A stretch of DNA of 64,000 nt from Pseudomonadota bacterium (GCA_022566215.1 JADFJJ010000003.1:2445-66444); one strand, 5' to 3'; positions 23,891 through 33,543 are shown, counted from the first letter of the stretch. A program made the numbers and translations. The notes: generated by a model not told the origin, from the letters alone.

Positions 23891-24940
23891 TCAGGCTTTC
23901 TCACCCTTTTTTGATAACGTGGGTGCGGTATGGATGGCGGGTTTGGGCGTCTCATCGACGGTCAGTTTGAAAATATCGGGGCGTGAGTAATGGCCGACCG
24001 GGTCAAAATCAAAGCGCGCCCGGGGCAACTCTCCAAGGTCGATCTCGGCGGTCACCACCACTTCATCGCCAAATACCGGCCCGGCCAGGTATTCGCCGAA
24101 CGGATCGACAATACAGCTGCCGCCGTTGATCAGCACGGTTCCGGGGTTGGCCGGGACGTCGCCCGGGTAATCGTCGGGCCAGTCGGAACGAAGCGAATAC
24201 TGCACCGGTGAGAGCACGAAACAGCGCCCCTCGAAAGCGATGTGGCGCATCGACGGGCCCCACACCTCGCGGTCGTCAACGGTCGGCGCCAGGTACAGCT
24301 CGATCCCCTTGGCGTACATCGCGGTGCGCAGCAGCGGCATATGGTTTTCCCAGCAGATCACCGCCCCCATTTTGCCCAATGGGGTGTCGAGCACCGGCAT
24401 GGTCGAGCCATCGCCCTGGCCCCACAGGCAGCGCTCGAGAACGGTTGGCATTAATTTCCGGTGCTTGCCGAGGTATTTTCCCTGGTCATCGAAAAAGAGA
24501 ACCGTGCAATAGAGCGTACTGCCGCCGCGCTCGATCACCCCGGCCGCCAGATACAGTTTGTTGGCCCTTGCGATCTTGCCGATTGCTTGCGTTTCCGGCC
24601 CCGGCACTTCGATTGCGCTCTCGAAGTATTTCCGGAACCAGTCGCGCCCTTCTTCGGTGCGCGAGCCGAGCCGGATGCCAAAATCCATGCCCTTGGGATA
24701 GCCGCCGACAAAGGCCTCGGGGAAGACCGCCAGTTTGGCCTTCTCAGACGCCGCCCGGGCGGCCAGGTCGGCCATTTTCTCGAGCGTTTTCGGGGTGTCA
24801 AAGCCCACCGTCCCGGCCTGGACCAGCGCGGCGGTGAAGGGTTTGGGGGGTTTTGACTTGTTAATCACTCCAACTAGATAGCCCGTTCCTCCATCAATGC
24901 CAAGGTGTGGCCGTCGGGGTCCTTGAAAAAGGCCAGCCAC
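23891..24940 (-). CDS. Nitrilase-superfamily carbon-nitrogen hydrolase (nitrilase/cyanide hydratase branch)
   Basis: Catalytic E-K-C contexts FPEAF, HRKLMPT and CWENHMPL. The true start is probably downstream (GTG near 24868), because the ORF start overlaps the upstream VOC gene by 67 nt. Confidence 0.8.
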   Translation of the reverse strand: MAGLFQGPRRPHLGIDGGTGYLVGVINKSKPPKPFTAALVQAGTVGFDTPKTLEKMADLAARAASEKAKLAVFPEAFVGGYPKGMDFGIRLGSRTEEGRDWFRKYFESAIEVPGPETQAIGKIARANKLYLAAGVIERGGSTLYCTVLFFDDQGKYLGKHRKLMPTVLERCLWGQGDGSTMPVLDTPLGKMGAVICWENHMPLLRTAMYAKGIELYLAPTVDDREVWGPSMRHIAFEGRCFVLSPVQYSLRSDWPDDYPGDVPANPGTVLINGGSCIVDPFGEYLAGPVFGDEVVVTAEIDLGELPRARFDFDPVGHYSRPDIFKLTVDETPKPAIHTAPTLSKKGEKA

Positions 24941-25251
24941 AGCTCTGTATCGTCGGTCTTGTGGGTCATCTGGGGTTCGCGGATCATCTCGGCCCCGGCG
25001 GCGGTCAGGTCTTTCCAGGCGGCCGCAATATCCGGGGTTGAAAAATACAGGATCGGGCCACTTGGACCAATGGGGGAGACCTCCTCAGCCTCGCTCAGCA
25101 TCAAGCGGAGGCCTTCGATATCAAAAAAGGCCATTCCCGGATCGGCCCTGAACAACAGCGGCAGGCCCAGCGTCTTTCCGTAAAAGGCCATCGATGTCTC
25201 GAGATTACTGACCGGGATGGCGATTTGACTGATTTTTCCAATTTTCATCAT
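24874..25251 (-). CDS. VOC (glyoxalase) family protein
   Basis: 125 aa. IAIPVSNLETSMAFYGKTLGL ... FKDPDGHTLALME, typical of the glyoxalase fold. Confidence 0.65.
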   Translation of the reverse strand: MMKIGKISQIAIPVSNLETSMAFYGKTLGLPLLFRADPGMAFFDIEGLRLMLSEAEEVSPIGPSGPILYFSTPDIAAAWKDLTAAGAEMIREPQMTHKTDDTELWLAFFKDPDGHTLALMEERAI

Positions 25252-25311
25252 TTCCTCCCGTTATTTGTCATTTTCTCTTCCAATTTCCCTGATGAAATGA
25301 TATATACTTTT

Positions 25312-25355
25312 ATTAGCTAACCTAATTCATATATATTTTCATTAGCTAAGCTAAT
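25312..25355. promoter_or_regulatory. Two MarR-type palindromic boxes in a divergent promoter region
   Basis: ATTAGCTAACCTAAT (25312-25326, one mismatch) and the perfect 7-1-7 palindrome ATTAGCTAAGCTAAT (25341-25355), 29 bp apart, between the VOC gene and the MarR gene. Confidence 0.6.
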
Positions 25356-25394
25356 TGTATAGATGAAAATACTATTTAGAGGAACCAGAGTCAA

Positions 25395-25853
25395 GTGACA
25401 ACGCAACCCATGAAGTCCAAACCCGACCCGCAGGCGGTCGCCGACCACATCCATTCGGCCGCAATCCACCTGCTGCGCGCGCTCAAGGGCAAAGACAAGA
25501 GGCTCGGCATCAACCCGGCTCAGCTTTCGGCCCTGTCGGTGCTCTATTTCCTCGGGCCGCTGACCATCAGCCGCCTGGCCGCCGCGGAAGGGGTCAAGCT
25601 GCCGACCATCTCGCGGCTGGTCAAAGACATGGCGCGGGGCCAGCTGGTGATGCGCGAGAAAGCCGAAAACGACGCCCGCTCGACCTATATCTCGATCACC
25701 CCGAAGGGCAAGGCGCTGTTCGAGCGGGGCCGGGTCAACCGCCTGATGGCGATCACCACCGCGCTGGAAAACCTGACCGATGAGAACCTGGAAACCTTAG
25801 GAAAAGCCGCAACCCTGATGGAAAACGCCGCCAAGGCAGTGCGCGAGGCCTAA
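25395..25853 (+). CDS. MarR family transcriptional regulator
   Basis: 152 aa. Winged HTH LTISRLAAAEGVKLPTISRLVKDMARGQLV...DARSTYISITPKG. Start may be ATG at 25410. Confidence 0.85.
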   Translation: MTTQPMKSKPDPQAVADHIHSAAIHLLRALKGKDKRLGINPAQLSALSVLYFLGPLTISRLAAAEGVKLPTISRLVKDMARGQLVMREKAENDARSTYISITPKGKALFERGRVNRLMAITTALENLTDENLETLGKAATLMENAAKAVREA

Positions 25854-25875
25854 AGAATTCCTTTGGTTTTTAGCT

Positions 25876-27630
25876 CTAATACCCGATTGCGGCGCCGTCC
25901 TTGCGCATCTCAGAGGCGCCATAGTAAACCCCGGTCTCAGGATCGCGCCAGATCGCCTGATAGCCGCCGAACGGCCCGGAGGTGACCTCGACCACATGGC
26001 CTCTCGCCTCCAGTTCGGCGATCACCTCAGGCGCAATCCCTGATTCCAGCTGCAGAATACCGCCGTCGGTCATTTTGCCGCCAACGATATAGGGCTCGGT
26101 CGAGCCGCTATGGTGGTAGCGCGCGGCATCGCCGGCCTCTTGCAGGTTCAAGCCAAAATCGATGATGTTGATGACGATCTGGGCGTGGCCCTGGGGCTGC
26201 ATGCCGCCGCCCATCAGGCCGAAGCTCATAACCGGCACCCCGTCCTTCATCATAAAAGCCGGGATAATGGTGTGGAACGGGCGCTTGCCGGGCGCATAGG
26301 CGTTGGGATGCGCGGGATCGAGGCTGAACAGCGCGCCGCGGTCCTGCAGGATAAAGCCGAGGCCATCTGGAACCAGCCCGGAGCCCATGCCGCGGTAGTT
26401 CGACTGGATTAATGACACCATCATGCCGTCCGCATCGGCCACCGTCATGTAGATGGTGTCGCCCTCGATCAGTTTCGGATCGCCGTGATCGACCTCGCTG
26501 GCGGCCGCCTCCATATCGATCAGGGCACGGCGCTGGGCGGCGTAATCCTTGGACAGCAGATAGTCGATATTGATGTCATAATAAGCGGGATCGGCATAAA
26601 ACCGGGCCCGGTCCTCGAACGCCAGCTTTTTGGCCTCGACCTGGACATGCAGGTAATCGGCCGAGTTCAGCCCCATCGCGGCCAGATCATAGCCTTCCAG
26701 GATGTTGAGCATCTGGAGCGCCGCGATCCCCTGCCCGTTGGGCGGCAGCTCGAAGATATCATAGCCGCGGTAGTTGACCGAGACCGGTTCGACCCAGGTG
26801 GAGGTGTGGGCTGCAAAATCCTCTTTTCTCAAGGGCCCGCCGATGCGCTTCATATAAGCGTCAATCACGTCGGCGATTTCCCCCTTATAAAAAGCATCGC
26901 GGCCGTCACGGCCGATCATCTCAAGGGTATTGGCCAGATCCGGGTTGGTGAACACCTGGCCCTCCTCCGGGGTCCAGCCGTCGATCAGGTAAGTGGCACG
27001 GAAATTGTCAATCTCCTCGATCTCGCCGGTTGCGGCAAGCTCTTGATAGCGCTCCTGGTAAATGCGCATGTAATGGGCGATCACTTGCGTCACGGGAAAG
27101 CCTTCGCGGGCGTATGAAACCGCTGGCGCCAGGATCTCCGCCATTGCCATTGAACCGAATTTCTGATGCAGCTCGAACCAGCCATCGACGGTTCCCGGGA
27201 CCGAGACGCTGAGTGAGCCATAGTTGGGAATCTCGGTGGCGTCGTCACCGATCCGGGCCTTTAATTCCGCCAATGTCTGGCCCTTGGGGGAGCGCCCGGA
27301 GGCGTTCAGCCCATAAAGCTTGCCGGAATAGGGATCCCAGACAATCACGAACAGATCGCCGCCGATCCCGTTGGCGGTCGGCTCCATCAGGCCCAGCGCG
27401 GCGTTGGCGGCGATCGCCGCATCGACCGCGTTGCCGCCGCCTTTCAGGATATCGATGGCGATCTGGGTCGCCAGCGGATGGCTGGTGGCGGCCATGCCGC
27501 TCCTGCCCAAAACCACGCTGCGGCTGGCATAGGGCTCGCCGATAATCCTGTCTCCCCCGCCTTCTCCGGCCTTAACGCCGCCCATAACAATGACCCCCGC
27601 CAAAACCAGCAAAAAAGATAGGATTTTCAT
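25876..27630 (-). CDS. ggt: Gamma-glutamyltransferase
   Basis: 584 aa with a signal peptide and family motifs GGNAVDAA, GIGGD, GDTIYMTV (autoprocessing Thr region) and MGGGMQPQ. Confidence 0.9.
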   Translation of the reverse strand: MKILSFLLVLAGVIVMGGVKAGEGGGDRIIGEPYASRSVVLGRSGMAATSHPLATQIAIDILKGGGNAVDAAIAANAALGLMEPTANGIGGDLFVIVWDPYSGKLYGLNASGRSPKGQTLAELKARIGDDATEIPNYGSLSVSVPGTVDGWFELHQKFGSMAMAEILAPAVSYAREGFPVTQVIAHYMRIYQERYQELAATGEIEEIDNFRATYLIDGWTPEEGQVFTNPDLANTLEMIGRDGRDAFYKGEIADVIDAYMKRIGGPLRKEDFAAHTSTWVEPVSVNYRGYDIFELPPNGQGIAALQMLNILEGYDLAAMGLNSADYLHVQVEAKKLAFEDRARFYADPAYYDINIDYLLSKDYAAQRRALIDMEAAASEVDHGDPKLIEGDTIYMTVADADGMMVSLIQSNYRGMGSGLVPDGLGFILQDRGALFSLDPAHPNAYAPGKRPFHTIIPAFMMKDGVPVMSFGLMGGGMQPQGHAQIVINIIDFGLNLQEAGDAARYHHSGSTEPYIVGGKMTDGGILQLESGIAPEVIAELEARGHVVEVTSGPFGGYQAIWRDPETGVYYGASEMRKDGAAIGY

Positions 27631-27685
27631 GATAACTCATCTCCCGAATAACTCCCCTCAGCCAGGGCCATTACTGTGCCACCCT

Positions 27686-28399
27686 TTAAGGTTTTACTTC
27701 AAGGCAAAAGACGCATTTGGAATGGGGCTTGTGTCTGGCGTGGCGGACCGTGGTGCGCTTCAGGGTCACCGGATAACTCCGGAACAGGGCTTGCCAGCCC
27801 TTGACGCTTCTGAAGGTGAGCGGCATCGGGATCGACAACAGCCCCTTGCCGGCCTCCCCTTTGACAACCCTGACGGCGCCGAACAGGATGTTGGTGTAAA
27901 AATCGTTCCACACCACGAACGCCCACTGCCAGGGCGAAAAATAGACGTCCTCGAAAATAATCACCTTATCCCTGGAGCAGCGGATCGCTTCCGCCAACAG
28001 TTCTTCCTGGTGTTCGACGTGATGCAGCATGAAGGCCAGGATAATGACGTCAAAAGCGCCGTCCCGGTGGGGGATTTTATGGCCGTCATAGAACTTCACC
28101 GGGATCTCGGCATGCTGGTAATCGACCACATCGACGCCCGAGACTTTGGCTTTGAGGCGATCAGCCACCGCCTTGCCGAAATGGCCGTTGCCGCAGCCGA
28201 CATCCAATACTTTATCGCCGGATTTGATCAGGCCTTCTACCGATTTCAGGCGCTCGCTAATCTCATTTTGCTGAGCCCGGCGCTGGATTTCGATGAATTT
28301 CTTTCTGGGGATAAAAAGGTTCACCACCAACGCAATGAGCGAGATGAAGAAAAAAATGATTGCGAACGGTAAATTCAGTATGTTTCTTATGATACTCAT
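27686..28399 (-). CDS. Membrane-anchored class I SAM-dependent methyltransferase
   Basis: Start taken at MSIIRNIL (28399). One N-terminal TM helix, then motif I VLDVGCGNGHFG and motif post-II DVIILAFMLHH. Confidence 0.7.
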   Translation of the reverse strand: MSIIRNILNLPFAIIFFFISLIALVVNLFIPRKKFIEIQRRAQQNEISERLKSVEGLIKSGDKVLDVGCGNGHFGKAVADRLKAKVSGVDVVDYQHAEIPVKFYDGHKIPHRDGAFDVIILAFMLHHVEHQEELLAEAIRCSRDKVIIFEDVYFSPWQWAFVVWNDFYTNILFGAVRVVKGEAGKGLLSIPMPLTFRSVKGWQALFRSYPVTLKRTTVRHARHKPHSKCVFCLEVKP

Positions 28400-28476
28400 G
28401 TTAGGCCGGGTTTTTAGCACAAGGAACAGAGAGAGGCACGTCCTTTTTCGCCCCAAATGCTTGAGGGAACTTTTGA

Positions 28477-30003
28477 GTGAAAACACCCCTGATTGATCAC
28501 AAATTCAAGGACCTCACCGACGTCCTGAGAGGAGCCGCGGCGTCGCTCGCCGGTTTTGCCGGACGAACCGCCGCCAGGGTCCTGTTCCTGTTTTTCGCCG
28601 GCAATTTTTACGGTGCGGTCAGGCTTGGCGAACTGGCCTCGGTGATCGCCGTGATTGAGATTCTGGTGATGCTGGGCATTTTCGGTTTCCGCCGCTCACT
28701 GCTGGAATTCCTGGAGGGGGCCAAGGGCAAGCCGGAACGGCAATATACCCTGGTGCTGACCGCCATGACGATCGTGTTTGCAATCGGCGCCACGCTGGCC
28801 GGAACCCTGGCGCTGCTGTGGGATTACATCGGCCTGAATATGAAAACCCCGCTTTACCCGCTGTTCGCCTTCCTGATCCCGTTTGTCGCTGTGATGGATG
28901 TGATCTTGACCACCACCCGGTTCAAGCGGATTGTCCGCCACGAAGTGTTCGCCCGGTCGCTGGTGGAACCGTGGACCCTGGCCCTGACAGCGGTGGCGTT
29001 TTATTTCTCAGGGGTCAGAGAATCCGGATTGCTGTTGGCCTACAGCGCCTCGCTGATCGCCGCTTTTATATATGCGCTCTATGCCTTCGGGCGGGTGTAT
29101 GAATGGAAAAAGCTGTTTAAATCCCGTGTCGACTTCAGCCTGGTTAAAAAAATGGCCTCGTTCAGCGGGCCGACCGCCCTGGTGGACGCCATCGGCGTGG
29201 CTTTCCGGCGCGCCGATATCATAGCGCTCAGTTTTTTCACCCCGGACGCGATCGTCGGCATTTACTATGGGGTCCAGAACCTGGCGACCGTGATCCAGAA
29301 GACCCGCCATGTGTTCGACCCGATCCTCTCACCGGTGCTCAACCAGACCTTGAGCCAGCGCGGCGTCAAGGACGCCGGCCAGCAACTGAGCCAGGTGTGC
29401 CGCTGGATCTTGACCCTGCTGGCTTTGCAGCTGGCGATCATGGCGTTTTACGCCGCCCCCTTGCTGGGCCTGATCGGCACCGGCTTTGCGGTTGGCGCCA
29501 TGGCGCTGATCATCATTCTCGCGGCGGAGGCGCTGGAAGGCACCCTGGCCAGCGCCGAACTGCCGTTCGTTTTCAAGAAACCGCTACTGAACCTCAGCCT
29601 GACCGCCACCGCCTTTGGCATTCATTTAGTGGGCCTGACCCTCCTGACCCCGCGCTTCGGGATGGTCGGCACAGCCTCGTCATTCCTGCTGGCGCTGTTC
29701 TGCCTCAATGGCCTGAGGCTGATTTTTATCAAGAAAAAGTTCGATATCTCGCTGCTGGCGTGGCGCTACCTGAAACCGATCGCTGCCGGAACGCTGGCTT
29801 ATCTGGCGCTTTATCAGGCGGGCAAGGTAATCGACCTGACCGCTGTTTATTTTGTTCCGGCCGGGATTGCCTTGGGGGTCGGGGTGTACGTGGCGGCCTT
29901 CTGGCTGATGGGGGCCAGCCAGGAAGACAGGGATTTTGTTGCTTATCTGAAAAGCCGTAAAAAACCGAAAATGGCGGTCGACAAGGATTTCGACCAAGTT
30001 TAG
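28477..30003 (+). CDS. MOP-superfamily (Wzx/polysaccharide-biosynthesis type) flippase-like membrane protein
   Basis: 508 aa (GTG start) with about 12-14 hydrophobic helices throughout and a composition typical of oligosaccharide/lipid flippases. No catalytic motif. Confidence 0.5.
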   Translation: MKTPLIDHKFKDLTDVLRGAAASLAGFAGRTAARVLFLFFAGNFYGAVRLGELASVIAVIEILVMLGIFGFRRSLLEFLEGAKGKPERQYTLVLTAMTIVFAIGATLAGTLALLWDYIGLNMKTPLYPLFAFLIPFVAVMDVILTTTRFKRIVRHEVFARSLVEPWTLALTAVAFYFSGVRESGLLLAYSASLIAAFIYALYAFGRVYEWKKLFKSRVDFSLVKKMASFSGPTALVDAIGVAFRRADIIALSFFTPDAIVGIYYGVQNLATVIQKTRHVFDPILSPVLNQTLSQRGVKDAGQQLSQVCRWILTLLALQLAIMAFYAAPLLGLIGTGFAVGAMALIIILAAEALEGTLASAELPFVFKKPLLNLSLTATAFGIHLVGLTLLTPRFGMVGTASSFLLALFCLNGLRLIFIKKKFDISLLAWRYLKPIAAGTLAYLALYQAGKVIDLTAVYFVPAGIALGVGVYVAAFWLMGASQEDRDFVAYLKSRKKPKMAVDKDFDQV

Positions 30004-30716
30004 GGCTTCTTGCTCAGGTATTTTTCCGCCAGATGGTACATCTCGGGGCTGTCGACATCGATCCAGACATGGTCGCCAATGGTATGGGTGAGCGCCCTGC
30101 CCGCTGCCGCCAGCTTCATCATGCCGCCGGAAATACTGAAGTCGTTCCCTTCGCGGCCGCTTTCAGCCAGGGCCTCAAACAAGGCATGTGAGGCCAGAAA
30201 GAGGCCGGTATCATAGGCGTTATAATTTTCCATTCCCTTGCCGATCGCCTTGATGCGGCCATCCTCGCTGAGCACCCGGGTGACATCTTCCAGATCAACA
30301 TATGGGTTATCAAGGCGGGTATCGATGGCCAGCATAACCTGGTCATCGGCAATCTCCCGGGCGGCCATTTCCCGGACCATTTCCGGGGCCATCAGGTGAT
30401 CGCACATGGACAGCAGGAAACGCTGGCCCATTTCCTGTCTGGCGGCAAAAACCGAAAGGCCGTTGGGTTTTTCGTAATCGGGATTGTAAACGGTGCGGAT
30501 CGAGACACCAATCCGGGGAGCAAGATTTTTCAGATAGGCATCAAGGACACTCGCCTCATACCCGGTGACCACCACAAATTCTGCCACCCCGGCTTTCGCT
30601 GCGTTTTCAATGACGTATTGGATCAGCGGTTTGCCGGCCAGCTCCACCAGCGGCTTGGAATTGCCGTGCCGGCGCAGACGCAGACCCTTGCCGGCGGCGA
30701 CGATCAAACATTGCAT
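30000..30716 (-). CDS. Sugar/inositol-phosphate nucleotidyltransferase (NTP_transferase fold); candidate CTP:inositol-1-phosphate cytidylyltransferase
   Basis: Canonical N-terminal signature LIVAAGKGLRLR...SKPLVELAGKPLI. 238 aa, immediately downstream of the inositol-phosphate synthase gene. Confidence 0.7.
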   Translation of the reverse strand: MQCLIVAAGKGLRLRRHGNSKPLVELAGKPLIQYVIENAAKAGVAEFVVVTGYEASVLDAYLKNLAPRIGVSIRTVYNPDYEKPNGLSVFAARQEMGQRFLLSMCDHLMAPEMVREMAAREIADDQVMLAIDTRLDNPYVDLEDVTRVLSEDGRIKAIGKGMENYNAYDTGLFLASHALFEALAESGREGNDFSISGGMMKLAAAGRALTHTIGDHVWIDVDSPEMYHLAEKYLSKKP

Positions 30717-30737
30717 GGTAGAAAATTCCTAAGATAC

Positions 30738-31874
30738 TTATTCAGCTGCTTCGGCTTCCAGCGCCGCCAGCTGGCTTTCCGGGCCCTGGATAAAGGCTTC
30801 GGTCATCTGGCGGGCTTCACTATCCGTGTACTGGTAGGGCGGATGCTTGCAGAAGTACGCGCTGGGCCCTTCGATAATTCCGGAAAGACCGCGGTCCAGC
30901 GCCAGCTTGCAGCAGCGGATGGTGTCAATCGCCACCCCCGCCGAATTGGGGCTGTCCTCGACGCTGAGGCGCAGTTCAATATTCATCGGCACGTCACCGA
31001 ACAGGCGCCCTTCCATGCGGATAAAACAGACCTTGTTGTCGTTCTGCCAGGCGACGTAATCGGACGGGCCAACGTGAATATTTTCATCATCCAGCCGGGA
31101 TGCAGCCACGCTCTGGACCGCCTCGGTCTTGGAAATCTTCTTGGAGGCGAGGCGCTTTTGGTTGCGCATGTTAAGAAAATCGGTATTGCCGCCGGTGTTC
31201 AGCTGGTAGGTGCGGTCCAGCGGCACCCCGCGCATGTTGAACAGATCGGTCAGCACCCGGTGAACAATGGTGGCCCCCAACTGGGCCTTGATGTCATCAC
31301 CGATGACCGGCAGGTTCTTGGCCTTGAAGCGGGCCGCCCATTCCGGATTGGAGGCAATAAAGACCGGGATGTTGTTGATAAAACCAAGGTTGGCTTCCAA
31401 AGCGCATTCAGCATAAAATTCGGTCGCCTTCTGGCTGCCCACCGGCAGGTAATTCAAAAGCATTTCAGCGCCGGAGCTTTTCAGGATCTCAACAACTTGT
31501 TCAAAAGTAGGCTGTTTGGCATCTGCCTTGATAAAGGTGCGGTGGGCGGGTTCGTCGGCCATGTGTTCGGAAAACCCGTCGAGGATTTTGCCCATGCGGA
31601 CCTTAACGCCGGCCTTCGGGACGTCCGGGCAGAAAACCTCGGTACAGTTCGGCAGCTCGAAAATAGCCTCTGAGACATCTTTGCCGACCTTGCGCTTGTC
31701 GATATCAAAAGCTGCCACCACTTCGATATCGGTTGGCAGGTAGCCGCCCAGGTCCCAGTGCATAAGACCGGCCGCATCACCGCCGCGTTTCCCCTTGTAG
31801 TAGTGAATACCCTGAAGGAGAGAGCTTACGCAATTGCCGACGCCAACAATTGCCACTTTGATTTTTCCGCTCAC
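30738..31874 (-). CDS. ino1: myo-Inositol-3-phosphate (inositol-1-phosphate) synthase, short archaeal/bacterial type
   Basis: KIKVAIVGVGNCVSSLLQGIHYY N-terminal NAD-binding motif. 378 aa, with conserved ...GDDIKAQLGAT... and SYQLNTGGNTDF-like segments. Confidence 0.85.
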   Translation of the reverse strand: MSGKIKVAIVGVGNCVSSLLQGIHYYKGKRGGDAAGLMHWDLGGYLPTDIEVVAAFDIDKRKVGKDVSEAIFELPNCTEVFCPDVPKAGVKVRMGKILDGFSEHMADEPAHRTFIKADAKQPTFEQVVEILKSSGAEMLLNYLPVGSQKATEFYAECALEANLGFINNIPVFIASNPEWAARFKAKNLPVIGDDIKAQLGATIVHRVLTDLFNMRGVPLDRTYQLNTGGNTDFLNMRNQKRLASKKISKTEAVQSVAASRLDDENIHVGPSDYVAWQNDNKVCFIRMEGRLFGDVPMNIELRLSVEDSPNSAGVAIDTIRCCKLALDRGLSGIIEGPSAYFCKHPPYQYTDSEARQMTEAFIQGPESQLAALEAEAAE

Positions 31875-32030
31875 TTTTTTACCTTTTTATTTCTAAAGGA
31901 CTTTCGCCCCGTTTACCCCGGCCAGCCTTTCAGGGCCCAACGAGGTGCTGATACAATATTTCGCCCGCTTCGTGAAGGGATTTTCCCTAAAAAAAGCGCT
32001 TGATAACAAAATTCCGAAAGATATTAATTT

Positions 32031-33383
32031 CTAAAAATAAGCCGTATCTTCGAAATTTTTCTTAATTTCAAGGCTTTTTTCACTTCCATAATCACGGACG
32101 CGAATAAAAAACCTGACCTGTGCCACAAAAAATGTGACCGCCGCATAAAATGCGACAAACCCAAATCCCCACAGCCAGGCATCCATCAAGGCAAAAGGAA
32201 TAAACATCCAAATTTGTGTATTTCGTCTCGCCCCGATAATCCTGAACTTGCGCTCAAAATCCCCGGCATCGTCCAGCTGTTTTCCGGTCAGCCGCCTGAA
32301 AAATTCCCCCTGAGCCACTTCGGCCCAGGCGAAAGCTACGATAATTATGGAGAGTGCCCACGGAAGAGCGTTCCCCTCAACGCCACTCAGATACCAGGCG
32401 ATGCCAAAGTACCATGAATATTCCACAATTTTGTCGAGAATGTGTTCAAATTCGCCAATCCGGGTTTGCATCATCTTGGTCCGGGCCAGTTTGCCGTCAA
32501 CCCCGTCCAGCACCCCGATCACCAGGGCGCCGGCTACGCCTAAGAGCATATCCCCGGTGGCGAACAGGTAAGTGATCCACATCCCCAAAACAAACGTGAC
32601 CAGCGTGATAAAATTTGGAGAGACCGGAGTTGGGCAAAGCTGTTCAACCAGAAAATTCTCAAATGGCGGGTGGACCCAGCGGGCGGGCCAGTCCAGCACA
32701 CCCTTCTGGGCGGTAGAGATCAATGCCCTGGTGGCCTTATCGGTCTCGGACTTTTCCGCCACCGGACGCCACATAACCTTTACCTCCCGGCGCCGGTCCG
32801 GCAAATAGGTAGGCATTTTGCTGATGTCCTTCAAGACCGCTTTTCCCTTGCCGATCGCCTCTTTCAGGATGGCCTTCAAAGGTTCCCGCCCAAAATCAAT
32901 GTAATTTGCGGCGGCCAGGACGTCCGTGCCAAGCACCGCCGCCGCGGAGGCGAACAGCACCTCCTGTCCCCCGCCCTTCAATTTCAGGCCAAGGCCTTTG
33001 CCGTAAATGACCGTGTTGGCGGGAAAGACGGCGACACACCGTTTTGATTTTGTGGAGGAGCCAAGAACCGCCTTCATGATCCTCTGGTCAATCAACACCC
33101 CCTCTTCCAGCACCAGGACTTTTTCATCAGCAATCCAGGGGCTGGCGGCAATGTCTTTCGGTGAGATAACCTCAACCGTCTTGGGAGCATTTTTGAAACG
33201 GGTCTTTTCCAGCAAATCGGCATGGCTCCGGGTCACCAGCCTGACGGTCTCAATTCCCAACTGTTTGATCTGGCGCAGCTGGCGCTCCAGCAGGGTAATG
33301 CCCCCCGCCTTGAGGAACGAGCGCGAAAGGTCATTATCCCCTTTGGCCTTGGCGTTTACGATTATCAGGGCGGAAATGTTCAT
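32031..33383 (-). CDS. Fusion protein: NTP-transferase-like N-domain + CDP-alcohol phosphotransferase membrane domain (IPCT/DIPPS-like architecture, both motifs atypical)
   Basis: The N-domain lacks GxGxR (it reads LIIVNAKAKGDNDLS). The C-domain has DGVDGKLAR-x8-G, but then EFEHILDK instead of x3-D-x3-D. The C-terminal half has 5-6 TM helices. Confidence 0.7.
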   Translation of the reverse strand: MNISALIIVNAKAKGDNDLSRSFLKAGGITLLERQLRQIKQLGIETVRLVTRSHADLLEKTRFKNAPKTVEVISPKDIAASPWIADEKVLVLEEGVLIDQRIMKAVLGSSTKSKRCVAVFPANTVIYGKGLGLKLKGGGQEVLFASAAAVLGTDVLAAANYIDFGREPLKAILKEAIGKGKAVLKDISKMPTYLPDRRREVKVMWRPVAEKSETDKATRALISTAQKGVLDWPARWVHPPFENFLVEQLCPTPVSPNFITLVTFVLGMWITYLFATGDMLLGVAGALVIGVLDGVDGKLARTKMMQTRIGEFEHILDKIVEYSWYFGIAWYLSGVEGNALPWALSIIIVAFAWAEVAQGEFFRRLTGKQLDDAGDFERKFRIIGARRNTQIWMFIPFALMDAWLWGFGFVAFYAAVTFFVAQVRFFIRVRDYGSEKSLEIKKNFEDTAYF

Positions 33384-33543
33384 ATCTAAAGATCAAACGT
33401 TGATGTTCTTTCCAAACAGGTGCAAGTAAAGGCACAAGGCCCGATGTGCAAGGAAAAACATTAATCCTTGAAATTCCTACGCCGGTTCCTTAAGCCAGTG
33501 TTCGGATGAATGTAACGGATATTCCGCCGCTTTGGAATTTTTA

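Noticed and set aside
22764-23990. 408-aa plus-strand ORF
   Set aside because: It is antisense to the catalytic M16 peptidase gene (HLFEHLMFEG). It has no motifs and a shadow-ORF composition.
23891-24940. Possible gene overlap or fusion between the nitrilase ORF and the upstream VOC gene
   Set aside because: The 67-nt overlap disappears if the nitrilase starts at an internal GTG near 24868, just after the VOC stop. This is most simply an over-extended ORF rather than a real overlap.
30396-31673. 425-aa plus-strand ORF
   Set aside because: It is antisense to the nucleotidyltransferase and inositol-phosphate synthase genes. It spans their intergenic gap, which a real gene would not be expected to do.
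33392-33404. ATCAA-ACG-TTGAT palindrome in the divergent promoter of the inositol cluster, considered as an FNR-type site
   Set aside because: The half-sites are in the inverted order and have the wrong spacing for TTGAT-N4-ATCAA. The element lies only 9 nt from the start codon. A short palindrome of this kind could be chance.
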